DNA from: an uncultured Methylomirabilota bacterium
GTDB lineage: Bacteria; Methylomirabilota; Methylomirabilia; Methylomirabilales; 2-02-FULL-66-22
Direction of reading: 5' to 3'
Length of the DNA: 64,000 bases
NCBI GenBank assembly: GCA_963705305.1
Contig: OY970067.1
Span: forward strand, 3,488,001-3,552,000
The notes below the pieces were generated by a model. That model saw only the letters and a list, made by a program, of their open reading frames with translations. It made no database searches and had not been told where the DNA came from. The position numbers and the translations under genes were made by a program. Below are positions 49,435 through 59,974 of the stretch, piece by piece. Numbering within the stretch: the first letter of the stretch is position 1; each line of letters opens with the position of its first letter.

Positions 49435-51357
49435 TTAGAGCCTCATTCCGATTAGTCGCGGCAATGCCAAGGTCACCTCGGGTAGGTAGGCAACCAACAA
49501 GAGGCCGATCAGCAGCACCAGTAGGTAGTACACCATTGGCCGAGTTGCCTTCTCCACAGTCGTTTCTGCAATGGCGGCGGCAAAGTAGATGCCGAGACCC
49601 GTCGGAGGGGAAAAGAGGCCGATCCCCATTGCAATAATCATCACGATCCCGAACTGCAAGGGGTTGATTCCAAATTGTGGCACGATCGGCAGCAGAATCG
49701 GCGCAAAAATGAGGATGACGGGAAGTCCTTCCAGCACGGATCCCATGACAACTAGCAAGACAAGGCACGCCAGGGTGAACAGCCAAGGCTGGCCGCGTAG
49801 CATGTCTAAGGAGCCCGCCAATCGCTGGGGCACTCGCGCATAGGTGAGCACCCAAGAGAAGGCGCCAGCTGCGCTAACGATGAACAGCACGTTACCCGTC
49901 ATACTGCACGCGTCGCCCAGCACCCTCCAAAACGTCTTGAGATCCAGGGAATGATAGAACGCGACCGCCATTAAGACGCCATAGACTACGGCAAACGTCG
50001 AGACCTCGGTGGGCGTAGAGACTCCGGTCAATATGCCGACCACGAGGATAACCGGCATCGCAAAGGCGGGGATGGACAGAATGCCTTTCCATCCGATTTC
50101 CCGAAAGGGCACCGCGGCGCTTCCTCTCAGGCCAAGTTTCCCGGCTCGGAAGTAGACGGCCACCATTAAGCACAAGGCAATCAGCGCGGCGGGAAACAGC
50201 CCAGCGATGAAAAGCGTGGCAACCGAGAGTGTGGAAACAGAGGCGAGCACCAGCATTGGGATGCTGGGCGGCACGGTCTCTCCCATCGCCGCGGAAGCCG
50301 AGAGAACGGCCGCGGTCTCCCCCGGCGGGTATCCCTGCCGCTTCAGCATGTCGCTTAGCGTCGTGCCAACTGCCACCATGTCTGCCACCTTCGATCCCGA
50401 GATGCCGGAGAAGATATACATCCCGACGACGATCACCTGAAATAGGCCGCCGCGGAACCGGCCGATTACGCTGACAATAAAATCCGACATAGGCTGCGCG
50501 AGCCCTCCCTCCGTCATCACCATGCCGGCAAGCACGAAGAAAGGCACCGCGAGCAATACGAAGGCGGACGCCCCGTGATGCATGTGGAGTGGCACCATGG
50601 AAAGCATTCCCGCCTTCAACTGTTGCACGTACAGTATGCTCGCTGCGGCGAACACAAACCCGATGGGCGCCGACATCGCGAGCAAGGCCGCAAAGGCCAC
50701 GAGCGTGGCGTAGAGACTCAGGGGCGGCGAGGCAGAGATCTTGATGAAGGCAACCGCCGCCAAGGACACCAGCGGCAGGGTCGCCAGCATCACTCGGGAT
50801 CGATGGGTAAACAGCCGCCCGGCGGCAAAGACGGTCATCAGTAGCATGCCGATCGGCAGGGGCGCTCGGAGCCACGCCACTGGCACGCCCAGGATTTCCG
50901 TCAACTCTTGACCGTGCAACATCTGCAAGGAATTCTGCGTGAGAAGCAGTGCTGTCCCGAAGACAATGGCGTCGACAGCGCTCGCAACATACGGGCGAGC
51001 TTCTCCGGGCAATATGTCTACCATCGCTCGAACGCGCATATGGGCATTCTGCTTGTAGGCGAGCGCGCCTCCAACGAATGTCAGGAATACCAGGGCAAAC
51101 TCCGAGACCTCCAAGGCCCAGTCGAGGTTGACCCCGAAACCAAACCTCAAGACGATGTTGCCAAAGACGACCGCCAATTCCGCAAGCAGGACGAAGGCGA
51201 CGGATGCACGTATAATTTGCTCAAGCCATCTGCCCGCCTTCGTCCCGCCGGTCAGGACCTGGCCCATGATTCCAAGCGGTTGGTGATCCGAGGTCGTCGG
51301 GGCGGCTAGAATGATTTCGCCGCTAGGTGGCGCTGTCGCCCCCCCGTCATCCACCAT
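49435..51357 (-). CDS. TRAP transporter fused small+large permease (DctQ-DctM)
   Basis: DctQ-like N-terminus; LLAVPFFVLAG, SGISGS..AD, PPSI, TPTE, PP.G. Confidence 0.9.
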   Translation of the reverse strand: MVDDGGATAPPSGEIILAAPTTSDHQPLGIMGQVLTGGTKAGRWLEQIIRASVAFVLLAELAVVFGNIVLRFGFGVNLDWALEVSEFALVFLTFVGGALAYKQNAHMRVRAMVDILPGEARPYVASAVDAIVFGTALLLTQNSLQMLHGQELTEILGVPVAWLRAPLPIGMLLMTVFAAGRLFTHRSRVMLATLPLVSLAAVAFIKISASPPLSLYATLVAFAALLAMSAPIGFVFAAASILYVQQLKAGMLSMVPLHMHHGASAFVLLAVPFFVLAGMVMTEGGLAQPMSDFIVSVIGRFRGGLFQVIVVGMYIFSGISGSKVADMVAVGTTLSDMLKRQGYPPGETAAVLSASAAMGETVPPSIPMLVLASVSTLSVATLFIAGLFPAALIALCLMVAVYFRAGKLGLRGSAAVPFREIGWKGILSIPAFAMPVILVVGILTGVSTPTEVSTFAVVYGVLMAVAFYHSLDLKTFWRVLGDACSMTGNVLFIVSAAGAFSWVLTYARVPQRLAGSLDMLRGQPWLFTLACLVLLVVMGSVLEGLPVILIFAPILLPIVPQFGINPLQFGIVMIIAMGIGLFSPPTGLGIYFAAAIAETTVEKATRPMVYYLLVLLIGLLLVAYLPEVTLALPRLIGMRL

Positions 51358-51709
51358 CGCCAGCTCCTATTGAAATTGAAGAAGTAATCGGACCTCAAAG
51401 GCATCGCTAGCCGCGCTGACCGGGCGACCCTGAGCGCACCGCGGATGCCCCCCGGCCGGGCCTGGCCCGGAAGCCACCGTTCTCTGGCGGCCGACCCGGA
51501 GCAAGGCCGGGCGGTTCCGGGTACCTGACCGTCAGGCCGGGTGCAGGGGCCAGAAGGGTTGTCCTGGCCAGCCGGGCAATTGGGCAGGACCGGGCGCCCC
51601 ATCATTTCTTGCCAATAGTTCGAAGTGGACTCAGCACCCCGGCTTCGCTGCGGAGGAGTGGAGCCTCCCCGCTTGCCATACAGAGACCGGCGCGCCGCTG
51701 CACAAATTG

Positions 51710-52729
51710 CTACTGGCCCGCGACGATTTTCGCGAGGTTGATGGACGCGAACCTTGCCCTGTAGCTGTCGATGACGGGCTCGACGGCCTTCACGAACTCA
51801 TCGCGTTTCGGGGAAAGTATCGTCATCCCGACTGCCTGCAATTTCTTCATCAGTTCAGCATCCCGTGCGATGACGTATTTCCTCTGAAAGTCGCGCGCCT
51901 CGATCGCGGCCTGCTGCACCCAGTTCTGCTGATCGGGAGTCAGCGTCTTCCAGCTTTTCTCTGATATGGCAATCGGAGCGCCATCGTACATGTGGTTGGT
52001 CAGCACGAGGAATTTTTGGACTTCATACAACTTCGCGGAGTCGATCAGCCCCAGGGCGTTTTCCTGGCCATCCACGACCCCAGCCTGCAGAGCAGTGAAC
52101 AACTCGGTGAAGGTGATAGGCGTAGCAATGGTGCCCAATGCCTTAAACGTATCCATGGACAGCTTGGTCTGGGGCACACGCATTTTCAGTCCCTTCAGGT
52201 CCGCCAGCGTTCTAATCGGCTTCTTAGCAGTCGTGATCTGGCGGAAGCCATTCTCGGCTACAGCCAAAATGCGGACCCCAATCTGCTCGCGCACGAGCCC
52301 CCACACCTGCTGACCCGTAGGCGAATCCAACGCCTTAAATGCCGTTTGCCGATCCCTATACAGGAATGGCAGGTCGAAGAGCGCGGTCTCTGGAACAAAC
52401 ACGTCGTAGTTGTTATTGCCCTGAATGCTCATATCGACGTTGCCCAGCCGCATTGCCTCGATTAGCTCGCGATCGTTGCCCAACTGTCCGCCCGGGAAAA
52501 CCTCGATCTTTACCTCCCCTTTGCTTTTGGCCGCAACCAACTCCGCCAGCTTATTGGCGGCCACGTCAAATGCATCACCCGGGGGAAGAGTGTGGCCCAT
52601 TTTCAGGACGATCTGGGTTTGTGCCGTCGCGGCGACCGTCGGAGCGACTCCAACCCCGCAGACAACAAGCATCAGCGTGACGGCCAGAACGACAACTGGG
52701 ATGCTCCGAACTAACGGTTTGCCTCTCAT
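51710..52729 (-). CDS. TRAP transporter substrate-binding protein (DctP)
   Basis: Signal peptide; FPGGQLG, ENGFR, DLKGLKMR, ELFTALQ.GVVDGQEN. Confidence 0.92.
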   Translation of the reverse strand: MRGKPLVRSIPVVVLAVTLMLVVCGVGVAPTVAATAQTQIVLKMGHTLPPGDAFDVAANKLAELVAAKSKGEVKIEVFPGGQLGNDRELIEAMRLGNVDMSIQGNNNYDVFVPETALFDLPFLYRDRQTAFKALDSPTGQQVWGLVREQIGVRILAVAENGFRQITTAKKPIRTLADLKGLKMRVPQTKLSMDTFKALGTIATPITFTELFTALQAGVVDGQENALGLIDSAKLYEVQKFLVLTNHMYDGAPIAISEKSWKTLTPDQQNWVQQAAIEARDFQRKYVIARDAELMKKLQAVGMTILSPKRDEFVKAVEPVIDSYRARFASINLAKIVAGQ

Positions 52730-52861
52730 CGCATGCCCCTCCGTTCGTTATAGAGTTGGCGCCTCGGTGTGAGTTGAAGGCCGCGCAATACCGCTGCATC
52801 TCCTTGTCATGTCCGCACCCCCGCGCCGCTGCCGGCATGTGCTGGTGTAACGGCGCTGGTC

Positions 52862-53300
52862 CTAATGCCTTCCATGGCCCAGGGCACACTCCGCAACGAG
52901 CGATCGGTGGATTTCGCTGCTCCCCTCGATGCCCTGCATGAAACGTGGCGTCCCGTCGGTTGCGGCCCCCGTTGTAGTCGTCCGAGCAGCCGGAGGCGCC
53001 GTGGATCTGCATGGCGTGCTCGGCCGCCCCCCATGAGCATGTCGCTGGCATACATCCTGCCCATGGAGGCCTCCACCCGCGCCGTTGACCCTGGTCTTTC
53101 GACCGGGCCGGCTTGACTGGCGCTCTTGTGCCAGAGCAGCCTGTCGGTCGCCTGAGACCGGATAAGCTGGCGGTGGCCGATGGGCTGGCGAAGGTTTCAC
53201 GGGTGGGGATGTAGGCGAACGACTCCTCGCGGCAGGCCCGGAGCATCGCGCAGCAGCGGGACGTCATACCGAGCTGGCCATTGTCCACCATGCACATCAG
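52862..53300 (-). pseudogene. Acyl-CoA dehydrogenase C-terminal relic, multiply frameshifted
   Basis: Pieces in three frames: DNGQLG..RETF, EASMGRMYASD, AMQIHGASGCSDDY..RDA, IEGSSEIHRSLVA. Confidence 0.75.
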
Positions 53301-53615
53301 CCTGGCAACCCAGGGTGCTCGGTCCTGTCGGAGGGCGGCCAATCCAAAGCGGCCGGACGCGCCGAGGCCACGCGGTCCAGCACCGCTGCCAGAGCTGCCT
53401 CCGTGGCGCGGGAGATCTCAATGATACAGATGCCGGTTAGGCCCAGCAAGGAACGCGGAGGTCGCGGGTCCTCCTTGCGAACCGAGCAAGCTCCGCCGCC
53501 TCCTTGGGGTGGGAACGCACGCCAAATAGCCGTGCGTATACACCAGACGGCGCCCATGGGTCAAGCCCAAAATGGGGTGTAAAAGCAAAAAGGCGTAGGG
53601 TGCCATGTTAGGGGG

Positions 53616-54965
53616 TTAGCGTCCCCCGCGCGGTCTTGCCGATTCTGGGGCGGCCGCCGCCGCGGTTCCCCGGCGCGAAGGGAGATCCGACGGCGTGGTC
53701 CCGGTGATGAGGCGGGCGCCGCGGCTGAAGGTCAGGTACTGGAAGCCCCACTGGATGAAGACGAGCACCCGGCTCTGGAACTGAACGAGATACATCAGGT
53801 GGACAAATAGCCAGAGCAGCCAGGCCATGAAGCCGGACACGTGGAACCCCCGGAGGTCGGCCACCGCGGCGGCCCGGCCGATCACGGCCATCGTGCCCCG
53901 TTCCCTGTAGCGAAAGGGTGGGAGCGGCGGCTTGCCATCGAGGCGCCGGATGATGGCCCGCGCGGCGTAGGCGCCCTGCTGCATGGCGACCGGCGCAAGA
54001 CCGGGGAGGGGGTGGCCGTCGGGGCCGCTCGCGCAGGCGAGGTCGCCGATGACGTAGATGTCGGGAAATTGTGGGAGCGTGAGGTCCGCCTGCACCTGCA
54101 CCCGGCCGCCCCGATCGGTCGTCGCCCCAGTCCGTTGGGACAGCGTTTGCCCGAGCGCCGTCGGGCGCACGCCGCCGGCCCAGAGGACGGTCTTGGCTGG
54201 CACCCGCTCCGGCCCGCCCGGGCCCTCAATCGCCACGCCGTCCCCATCGACCCCGACCACCTGCACCCCTGTCCGCACCTGCACGCCCAGGGCGGCCAGC
54301 TGCCGCGCCGCTTTGACGGACAGGTTCGGCGGGAAGCTCGAGAGCACGCGCGGGGCCCCCTCCAGGAGGAGGATCCGCGCATCCTGAGAGCGGATGCGGC
54401 GGAAGTCGTGGCGGAGGGTCTCGCGGGCGATCTCGGCCAGGGCGCCGGCGAGCTCGAGGCCGGTCGGCCCGGCGCCCACGATCACGAAGGTGAGCCAAGG
54501 ACGGGACTCCTCCCGGGTGCGGAGGCGCTCCGCGGCCTCGAACGCATAGAGGATCTTGTGGCGGACCTCCGTAGCCTCCTCCACACTCTTCAGGTCCAGG
54601 GCCCAGCGCTGCCAGTCGGGGTGGCCGAAGTAGTTCCCCTGGGAGCCGGTGGCGACGATGAGGGAGTCGTAGGGGAGCGCTTCCCCGTCCGCGAGGAGGA
54701 GCTGCTTGCCGTGCGGATCGATGTCCTGCGCCTCGCCGAGCAGCACCCGGGTATTCGCCTGCCGGGCGAGGACCGCCCGCAGCGGAGCCGCGATCTCGCC
54801 CGGCGAGAGCGACCCGGTGGCCACCTGGTACAGCAAGGGCTGGAACAGGTGATAGTTGCGGCGGTCGATGAGGGTCGCCTCGACCGGGGCCTTGGCCAGG
54901 GTGCGGGCCGCGTAGAGGCCACCGAACCCCCCGCCGACGATGAGGACCCGGTGTGTTTCAGGCAT
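53616..54965 (-). CDS. ndh: Type II NADH:quinone oxidoreductase
   Basis: GGGFGG, FQPLLYQVATG, GAGPTGLELAG, WAGGV, IGD, APVAMQQG, WLFVH. Confidence 0.92.
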   Translation of the reverse strand: MPETHRVLIVGGGFGGLYAARTLAKAPVEATLIDRRNYHLFQPLLYQVATGSLSPGEIAAPLRAVLARQANTRVLLGEAQDIDPHGKQLLLADGEALPYDSLIVATGSQGNYFGHPDWQRWALDLKSVEEATEVRHKILYAFEAAERLRTREESRPWLTFVIVGAGPTGLELAGALAEIARETLRHDFRRIRSQDARILLLEGAPRVLSSFPPNLSVKAARQLAALGVQVRTGVQVVGVDGDGVAIEGPGGPERVPAKTVLWAGGVRPTALGQTLSQRTGATTDRGGRVQVQADLTLPQFPDIYVIGDLACASGPDGHPLPGLAPVAMQQGAYAARAIIRRLDGKPPLPPFRYRERGTMAVIGRAAAVADLRGFHVSGFMAWLLWLFVHLMYLVQFQSRVLVFIQWGFQYLTFSRGARLITGTTPSDLPSRRGTAAAAAPESARPRGGR

Positions 54966-55109
54966 GGTGTCCCTCCGAAACGGTGCGACACCGATCGCCG
55001 CAATTGGTGTTGGCAGTATGCCCTGGCAAGCGCCGGCAGGCAACTCGGGGGACCCGCGGGGCACTGCGCCAGCTCTCGACACTACCAGGTCATGTCCGAT
55101 GATCCTTTG

Positions 55110-55240
55110 CAAGGTATTATGTTCAGTTATTAACAATAGTACAATTAAAATGATCGTAATATTTACTTCTTTGTTATTATTTTATGTTGACTTAATCATA
55201 TTGCGATATAATATTATCACCATCACAAAAAAATAGAGTG
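55110..55240. promoter_or_regulatory. AT-rich divergent control region between ndh and deoR
   Basis: Very AT-rich; TTGACT at 55187, TATAAT at 55207; TGTT..AACA elements. Confidence 0.45.
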
Positions 55241-55257
55241 TGTTGAGGGGGGAACCG

Positions 55258-56136
55258 ATGCCAAGGAAGAAAATGACCATTGAAGATCGTCGAAACACGA
55301 TTTGTGAACTCCTGAAAAGCGGCAAAATCCTGAGCATCGATTACCTGAGCTCTGTCTTGGGAAATTCTCCCATGACGATCCGCCGCGACCTTAGTTTTCT
55401 GAGCGAACGCGGTTTAGTCCAGCGGGTCCACGGTGGTGCTGCATTGAGCCGGTCCGAAGTGACCGAGCCGCCCTACACGATTCGCGAGCGGGAGATGCAG
55501 CGAGAGAAGCAACAGATCGGGCTGGCAGCGGCTGGACTCGTCGGCGAGCGGGAAGCGCTTCTGATCGACATTGGGAGCACGCTTCTATATCTCGTCCGGA
55601 GCCTTCCGCTCGAGAAGGACATCACGATCATCACCCACTGGCTGCCGGTCGTTTTGGAGCTGAGCCGCCGGTCGCCTTCTAAGGTGATCTTTCTTGGCGG
55701 CCAGGTCAGCTTTGGGGAATTGTGCGCCACGGGCGGCTACACGATGGAGATGTTGCAGAACTTCCATGCCGACAAGTTATTCCTCGGGGTAGCCGGAGTA
55801 TCCAGCCAGTATGGCCTGACCGACTACAACGCCGAGGAGATCCAGGTGAAGCGAGAGATGATCAAGTGTGCCAAGAAGGTCATCGTCCTCGCTGACCACA
55901 GCAAGTTCGGGCGCGTCGCACCGTTGAAGATTGCTGACCTGACCGGCATCCACCAGATCATCACGGATGAAGGCATTGCCGAGAGCGACCGAGCGGCTGT
56001 TGAGAGCTGCGGCGTTGAAGTTGTGAGTGCTGGTCAGCGGGGAGGCTGGGGGACAGGCGCGAATGGGCCCCTCGGATCGGGGCCATCCTCTCTTGAGTCT
56101 CGAGCAGCCGCAGATTCAGGATCGCAGGGTGCCTGA
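55258..56136 (+). CDS. DeoR/GlpR family transcriptional regulator
   Basis: SPMTIRRDL..L....RVHGGA HTH; DIGST, GG, DHSKF, ITD. Confidence 0.92.
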   Translation: MPRKKMTIEDRRNTICELLKSGKILSIDYLSSVLGNSPMTIRRDLSFLSERGLVQRVHGGAALSRSEVTEPPYTIREREMQREKQQIGLAAAGLVGEREALLIDIGSTLLYLVRSLPLEKDITIITHWLPVVLELSRRSPSKVIFLGGQVSFGELCATGGYTMEMLQNFHADKLFLGVAGVSSQYGLTDYNAEEIQVKREMIKCAKKVIVLADHSKFGRVAPLKIADLTGIHQIITDEGIAESDRAAVESCGVEVVSAGQRGGWGTGANGPLGSGPSSLESRAAADSGSQGA

Positions 56137-56196
56137 TCGTTCCCCCGGAACCTGAAGGGTCGAAGTGGCGTCACAACACCAAGCCAGGGAGGTCTG

Positions 56197-56853
56197 ATGA
56201 AGATCAAGACGGAATTGAAAGAGGAGTTGGCAGCAGCCACGCGGCTCTTTTGGGAAAAGGGGTTGAGTCCCGGCCGCGACGCGGGTGATGTCTCCCTCCG
56301 GGATTTGGAAACCGGGTTAATTTATATTTGCCCGCGTCCGAAGCCCAAGGTCCTCCGGATCCCCAAATGGGGAGTGATCAAGGCCGCCCACATGGTTGCG
56401 ATCGACCCGGAGGGAAAGGTGGTCGATGATTCCGGCCTGCTGCCGACGGTGGAGGCGCCGATGCACGTCGCCATCTACAAAGCCAGGCCCGATGTGAATG
56501 CGATTGTCCACTCGCACGCCGTGTGGTCGTCCGCCTTCGCGGTGACGGGGAAGAACATCCCGTTGATCCTGGCCGAGCAATCCCTCCGCCTCGGAGGCGA
56601 GGTGGTCTGCGCCGCCTACGGGAAGGTGGGCTCCAAAGAGATCGCCCAGAACATCGTACAGGCGCTGGGCAAGAATAAGATGGCGGCGCTCATGCAGAAT
56701 CATGGGGCCGTGGCCCTCGGTGTCACCCTTGAAGAAGCCTTCATCGCCTCCGATTTTCTGGAGAAAGGCGCCCAGGTGGCGATCCTCGGAGGGATGCTCG
56801 GGCCGCTGATTGTCCGCCGGCCGGAGGAGATCCTGGACGAAAGCCTCAAGTAG
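56197..56853 (+). CDS. Class II aldolase/adducin family protein (FucA/AraD-like)
   Basis: GDVS, PTVE..MH..IY..RPDVNAIVHSH, QNHG. Confidence 0.88.
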   Translation: MKIKTELKEELAAATRLFWEKGLSPGRDAGDVSLRDLETGLIYICPRPKPKVLRIPKWGVIKAAHMVAIDPEGKVVDDSGLLPTVEAPMHVAIYKARPDVNAIVHSHAVWSSAFAVTGKNIPLILAEQSLRLGGEVVCAAYGKVGSKEIAQNIVQALGKNKMAALMQNHGAVALGVTLEEAFIASDFLEKGAQVAILGGMLGPLIVRRPEEILDESLK

Positions 56854-56936
56854 GAATCTTGGAAAGTCCTATCGGATGATCGCGGAGCCCGGCGCAAGTG
56901 TGGCGGGCTCGGGTGGGTTCGGGAAGGGAGGATGAG

Positions 56937-57275
56937 GTGGAGCCACGTGGAGTCATTCGGACGGCGAGGGAAGCCAAGACGTTCATGGATGAGGGTGAAT
57001 TCATTCGCGAGTACTTTCGCACCGCCCGGTTGACGTTCGGCGTTTCCGAGCTGCTTCCCGGAAAAGTGGGCGGCCTCGACAGGGGTCATTCGGAGGCGGA
57101 CGAGGTCTTCTACTGCGCCGCTGGTCACGTCCTCTGCTACTTCCCCGAGGAGGATCGATACTATCAGCTGGAAAGAGGCGACGCCCTCCTCATCCCGCAG
57201 GGCGTGGGCCACAAGCTCCTAAACGTCGGAGACGAACGGGCCGTGATCGTCTGGTGCTGCGCCCCCCATCCGTGA
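56937..57275 (+). CDS. Cupin-domain protein
   Basis: H...DEVFY...G and GD...IP.GVGH...N.G motifs. Confidence 0.8.
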   Translation: MEPRGVIRTAREAKTFMDEGEFIREYFRTARLTFGVSELLPGKVGGLDRGHSEADEVFYCAAGHVLCYFPEEDRYYQLERGDALLIPQGVGHKLLNVGDERAVIVWCCAPHP

Positions 57276-57308
57276 GGTACCGCATAGGCAGAGCGGAGGA
57301 AACCGGCG

Positions 57309-58833
57309 ATGCAGGATCTCATCCTCAGCGTGGACCTGGGAACGACAGCCGTCAAGGTGGCCCTCTTCAACGGGTCAGGGGAACTGAAGGCTCTCTCGAC
57401 ACAAGAGTATGCCCTGCTCACCCCGAAGCCTGCAGTGGTTGAGGGGGACCCGAAGACCTACTGGGACTCCTTCAAGAAGGGGATTCGCGACCTTCAGACC
57501 AAGTCGCCATTTCCGCCGGAGCGTGTCCGGGCACTCGGTATTTCCGCCCAGGGAGAAACCCTCTTCTGTCTGGATAGGGACGGAACCCCGCTGCGCAACG
57601 CCATCGTCTGGATGGACAATCGGGCCCAGGCGGAGGCAGAGCGCCTGGCCGCCGAGTTCACCAATGAAGCCTGTTACCGGATCACCGGCCAGGTTAGCTT
57701 CGATCCCTGCTGGCCGGCGGCGAAGATCCTCTGGCTGCGTTCCCACGAACCGGATCTCTTCAGGAAGACCGCGACCTTTGCCCTCATCGAGGACTACTTC
57801 ATTCGCCGGATGACGGGTCGGCTGGTGTCCGAAGGCTCCCTCCTGTGCTCGACAGTGTATTGGAATATCACCACGAAGGCGTGGTGGCCGGAGATGCTTG
57901 CGTACCTTGAGAATCAGCGAGGCGCGCCTCCCGGAGATCCGCGAACCCGGCGAGGCCGTTGGTCCGATCCTACCGGAGGTCGCGGCAGAATTGGGATTGA
58001 GCCCGAACACGATCGTGGCCACGGGGGCCCTCGACCAGGCAGCGGGGGCCGTCGGGGTCGGCAACATTGCCGAGGGGATCTTCTCGGAGAACATCGGCGC
58101 GGCGCTGGCTGTCTGCTCGCCGGTCCGACGGCCGGCGTTCCATGCGAGCCGCCTCCTGCCCATCCACTACTTCGCGATCCCCGACATGTACATGATGCAC
58201 AGCTTCACCACCGGCGGGATGGTCCTCCGCTGGTTCCGCGACGCCTTCTGCGAGATGGAGAAAACCGTCGGCGGAATGATCGGCAGCGACCCCTACGATC
58301 TGCTGGGTCGCGAGGCCGCTGCGGTCCCCCCCGGGTGCGAAGGGCTGATCATGCTCCCTCACCTGAACGGGTCCATGGCGCCGGACGTAAACCCGAAAGC
58401 GAAGGGGGTTTTTTACGGCTTCACGCTCAAGCACCAGAAGCCCCATTTCGTCCGGGCCATCATGGAGGCCCTGGGGTATCTCGTCCGGCGCAACATCGAG
58501 GCGCTGGAGGGCGTCGGGATCGCGGTGGGGGAGATCCGCTCCTTGGGGGGCGGCGCCCGCAGCGCCGTCTGGAACCAGATCAAGGCCGACATCACCGGCC
58601 GGCCGCTCATCACCATGCAGTGCACGGAGGCGGCCAGCCTGGGGGCGGCAATCCTGGCCGGAAAGGCGGTCGGGATGTACAGCGACATTGCAGAGGCGTG
58701 CGCCCGGATGATCCGCGTGGCCGGCCGATTCGAACCGAATCCCGCCTGCCGAGGCGTCTACGACCGGAGCTACGATCATTACAAGACTCTCCTCAACGAT
58801 CTGACCGCGCTGTTCCAAAAGAGCTATGAATAA
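57309..58833 (+). pseudogene. FGGY-family carbohydrate kinase, +1 frameshift near 57910
   Basis: DLGTTAVK, SAQGET, WMDNR in frame 1; GALDQ, RAIME, GGGARS..WNQIKAD, LGAA in the next frame; CTTG[A]GAATC. Confidence 0.85.
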
Positions 58834-58860
58834 CCCGGGCACCACGCCCGAAGGAGGCAC

Positions 58861-59619
58861 ATGAGACCCGAACTGATAGTCATGCTGACCCTGAACGATC
58901 AAACGGTCCCGAACGCCATCGAGGTGTTCGCGACTTGCCGCGACCTGCCCGTACAGTTCTGGGGGTTCAAGAACGTCGGACTTCCGATCGACCAGATGAA
59001 GGTTCTGGTGGAGAACCTCAAGGCGGCCGGGAAGACCGCGTGTCTCGAGGTGGTGACCTACACGGAGGCCGAGTGCCTGGCCGCTGCCCGGCTGGCGGTG
59101 GAATGCCGATTCGACTATCTGATGGGGACCGTCTTCTACCCGGGGGTCTTTGCCTTCTTGAAGGGGAAGCCGATCAAGTTCTCTCCTTTCATCGGCAAGG
59201 TGAGCGGTCATCCGAGCATTCTGGAAGGTTCCATCGACGAGATCGTCGCGGAGGGGCGGAAGCTCGTGGACCTCGGTGTGGACGCGTTCGACCTCCTGGC
59301 CTACCGGTACGTGGGTGATCCGGAGGCGCTGGCCACGGCCGTCATCCGAGCCATGAGCGTCCCCGTGATCCTGGCGGGAAGCGTGGACAGCTTCGCCCGG
59401 ATCGACCGGGTCAAGGCGATGGGTGCATGGGGCTTTACGATCGGCGGGGCCTTCTTCGCCAAGAAGTTCCTTGCAGGGGGCTCCTTCCGAGAGCAGGTCG
59501 CGGTGGTGGCCAAATACCTGCAAGAAGGCGATATAGGGGAGCCGCGTCGCGGCCGCCCGCCCGCAAAGGGAAGGGTTCCCGACGGGGTGCCACGCTCCCG
59601 ATTGTCTCAAGATGGATGA
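58861..59619 (+). CDS. Conserved hypothetical protein, probable phosphate-binding TIM barrel
   Basis: Alternating beta/alpha pattern; C-terminal PVILAGSV...GFTIGGA resembles a standard phosphate-binding motif; AAGGAGG RBS. Confidence 0.65.
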   Translation: MRPELIVMLTLNDQTVPNAIEVFATCRDLPVQFWGFKNVGLPIDQMKVLVENLKAAGKTACLEVVTYTEAECLAAARLAVECRFDYLMGTVFYPGVFAFLKGKPIKFSPFIGKVSGHPSILEGSIDEIVAEGRKLVDLGVDAFDLLAYRYVGDPEALATAVIRAMSVPVILAGSVDSFARIDRVKAMGAWGFTIGGAFFAKKFLAGGSFREQVAVVAKYLQEGDIGEPRRGRPPAKGRVPDGVPRSRLSQDG

Positions 59620-59974
59620 GGTCGGTAGAATTGATCAATGAACGGAGATTGGAAATGAGGAAAGGAGGGTAGGAAGACCCTTGGTACCTTGCGAGGCAGG
59701 CTGCGACCTCGGGCGGGAATGTGGCGGGCGTGTTTGGGCGACCCGATCCCTCCGGGGAAAGGGTGGAAGAACAGGGCATTCGGCGAATTGATAGGGAAGA
59801 GCCCTTCGCCCGGGCTGCTGCCTGATCTTCGCCAGGAGTACATGGGCACGAACAGAACGGGCACGACGGCAAGCGGCACAGAGGTGCACGCAGGGTATTC
59901 GTCATCGGGTGTTCAGTCGGAGGAACTCCTTGGCAAGAAGGTGGGTCCTGCGACTAAGGAGGGAAGAGGATAAT

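Noticed and set aside
51358..51709. GC-rich 350-bp gap between dctP and dctQM as a possible ncRNA or small gene
   Set aside because: No recognisable RNA motif or credible ORF
59620..59974. Long leader before the ABC binding protein as a possible riboswitch
   Set aside because: No known aptamer consensus or terminator recognised; an Infernal search would be needed
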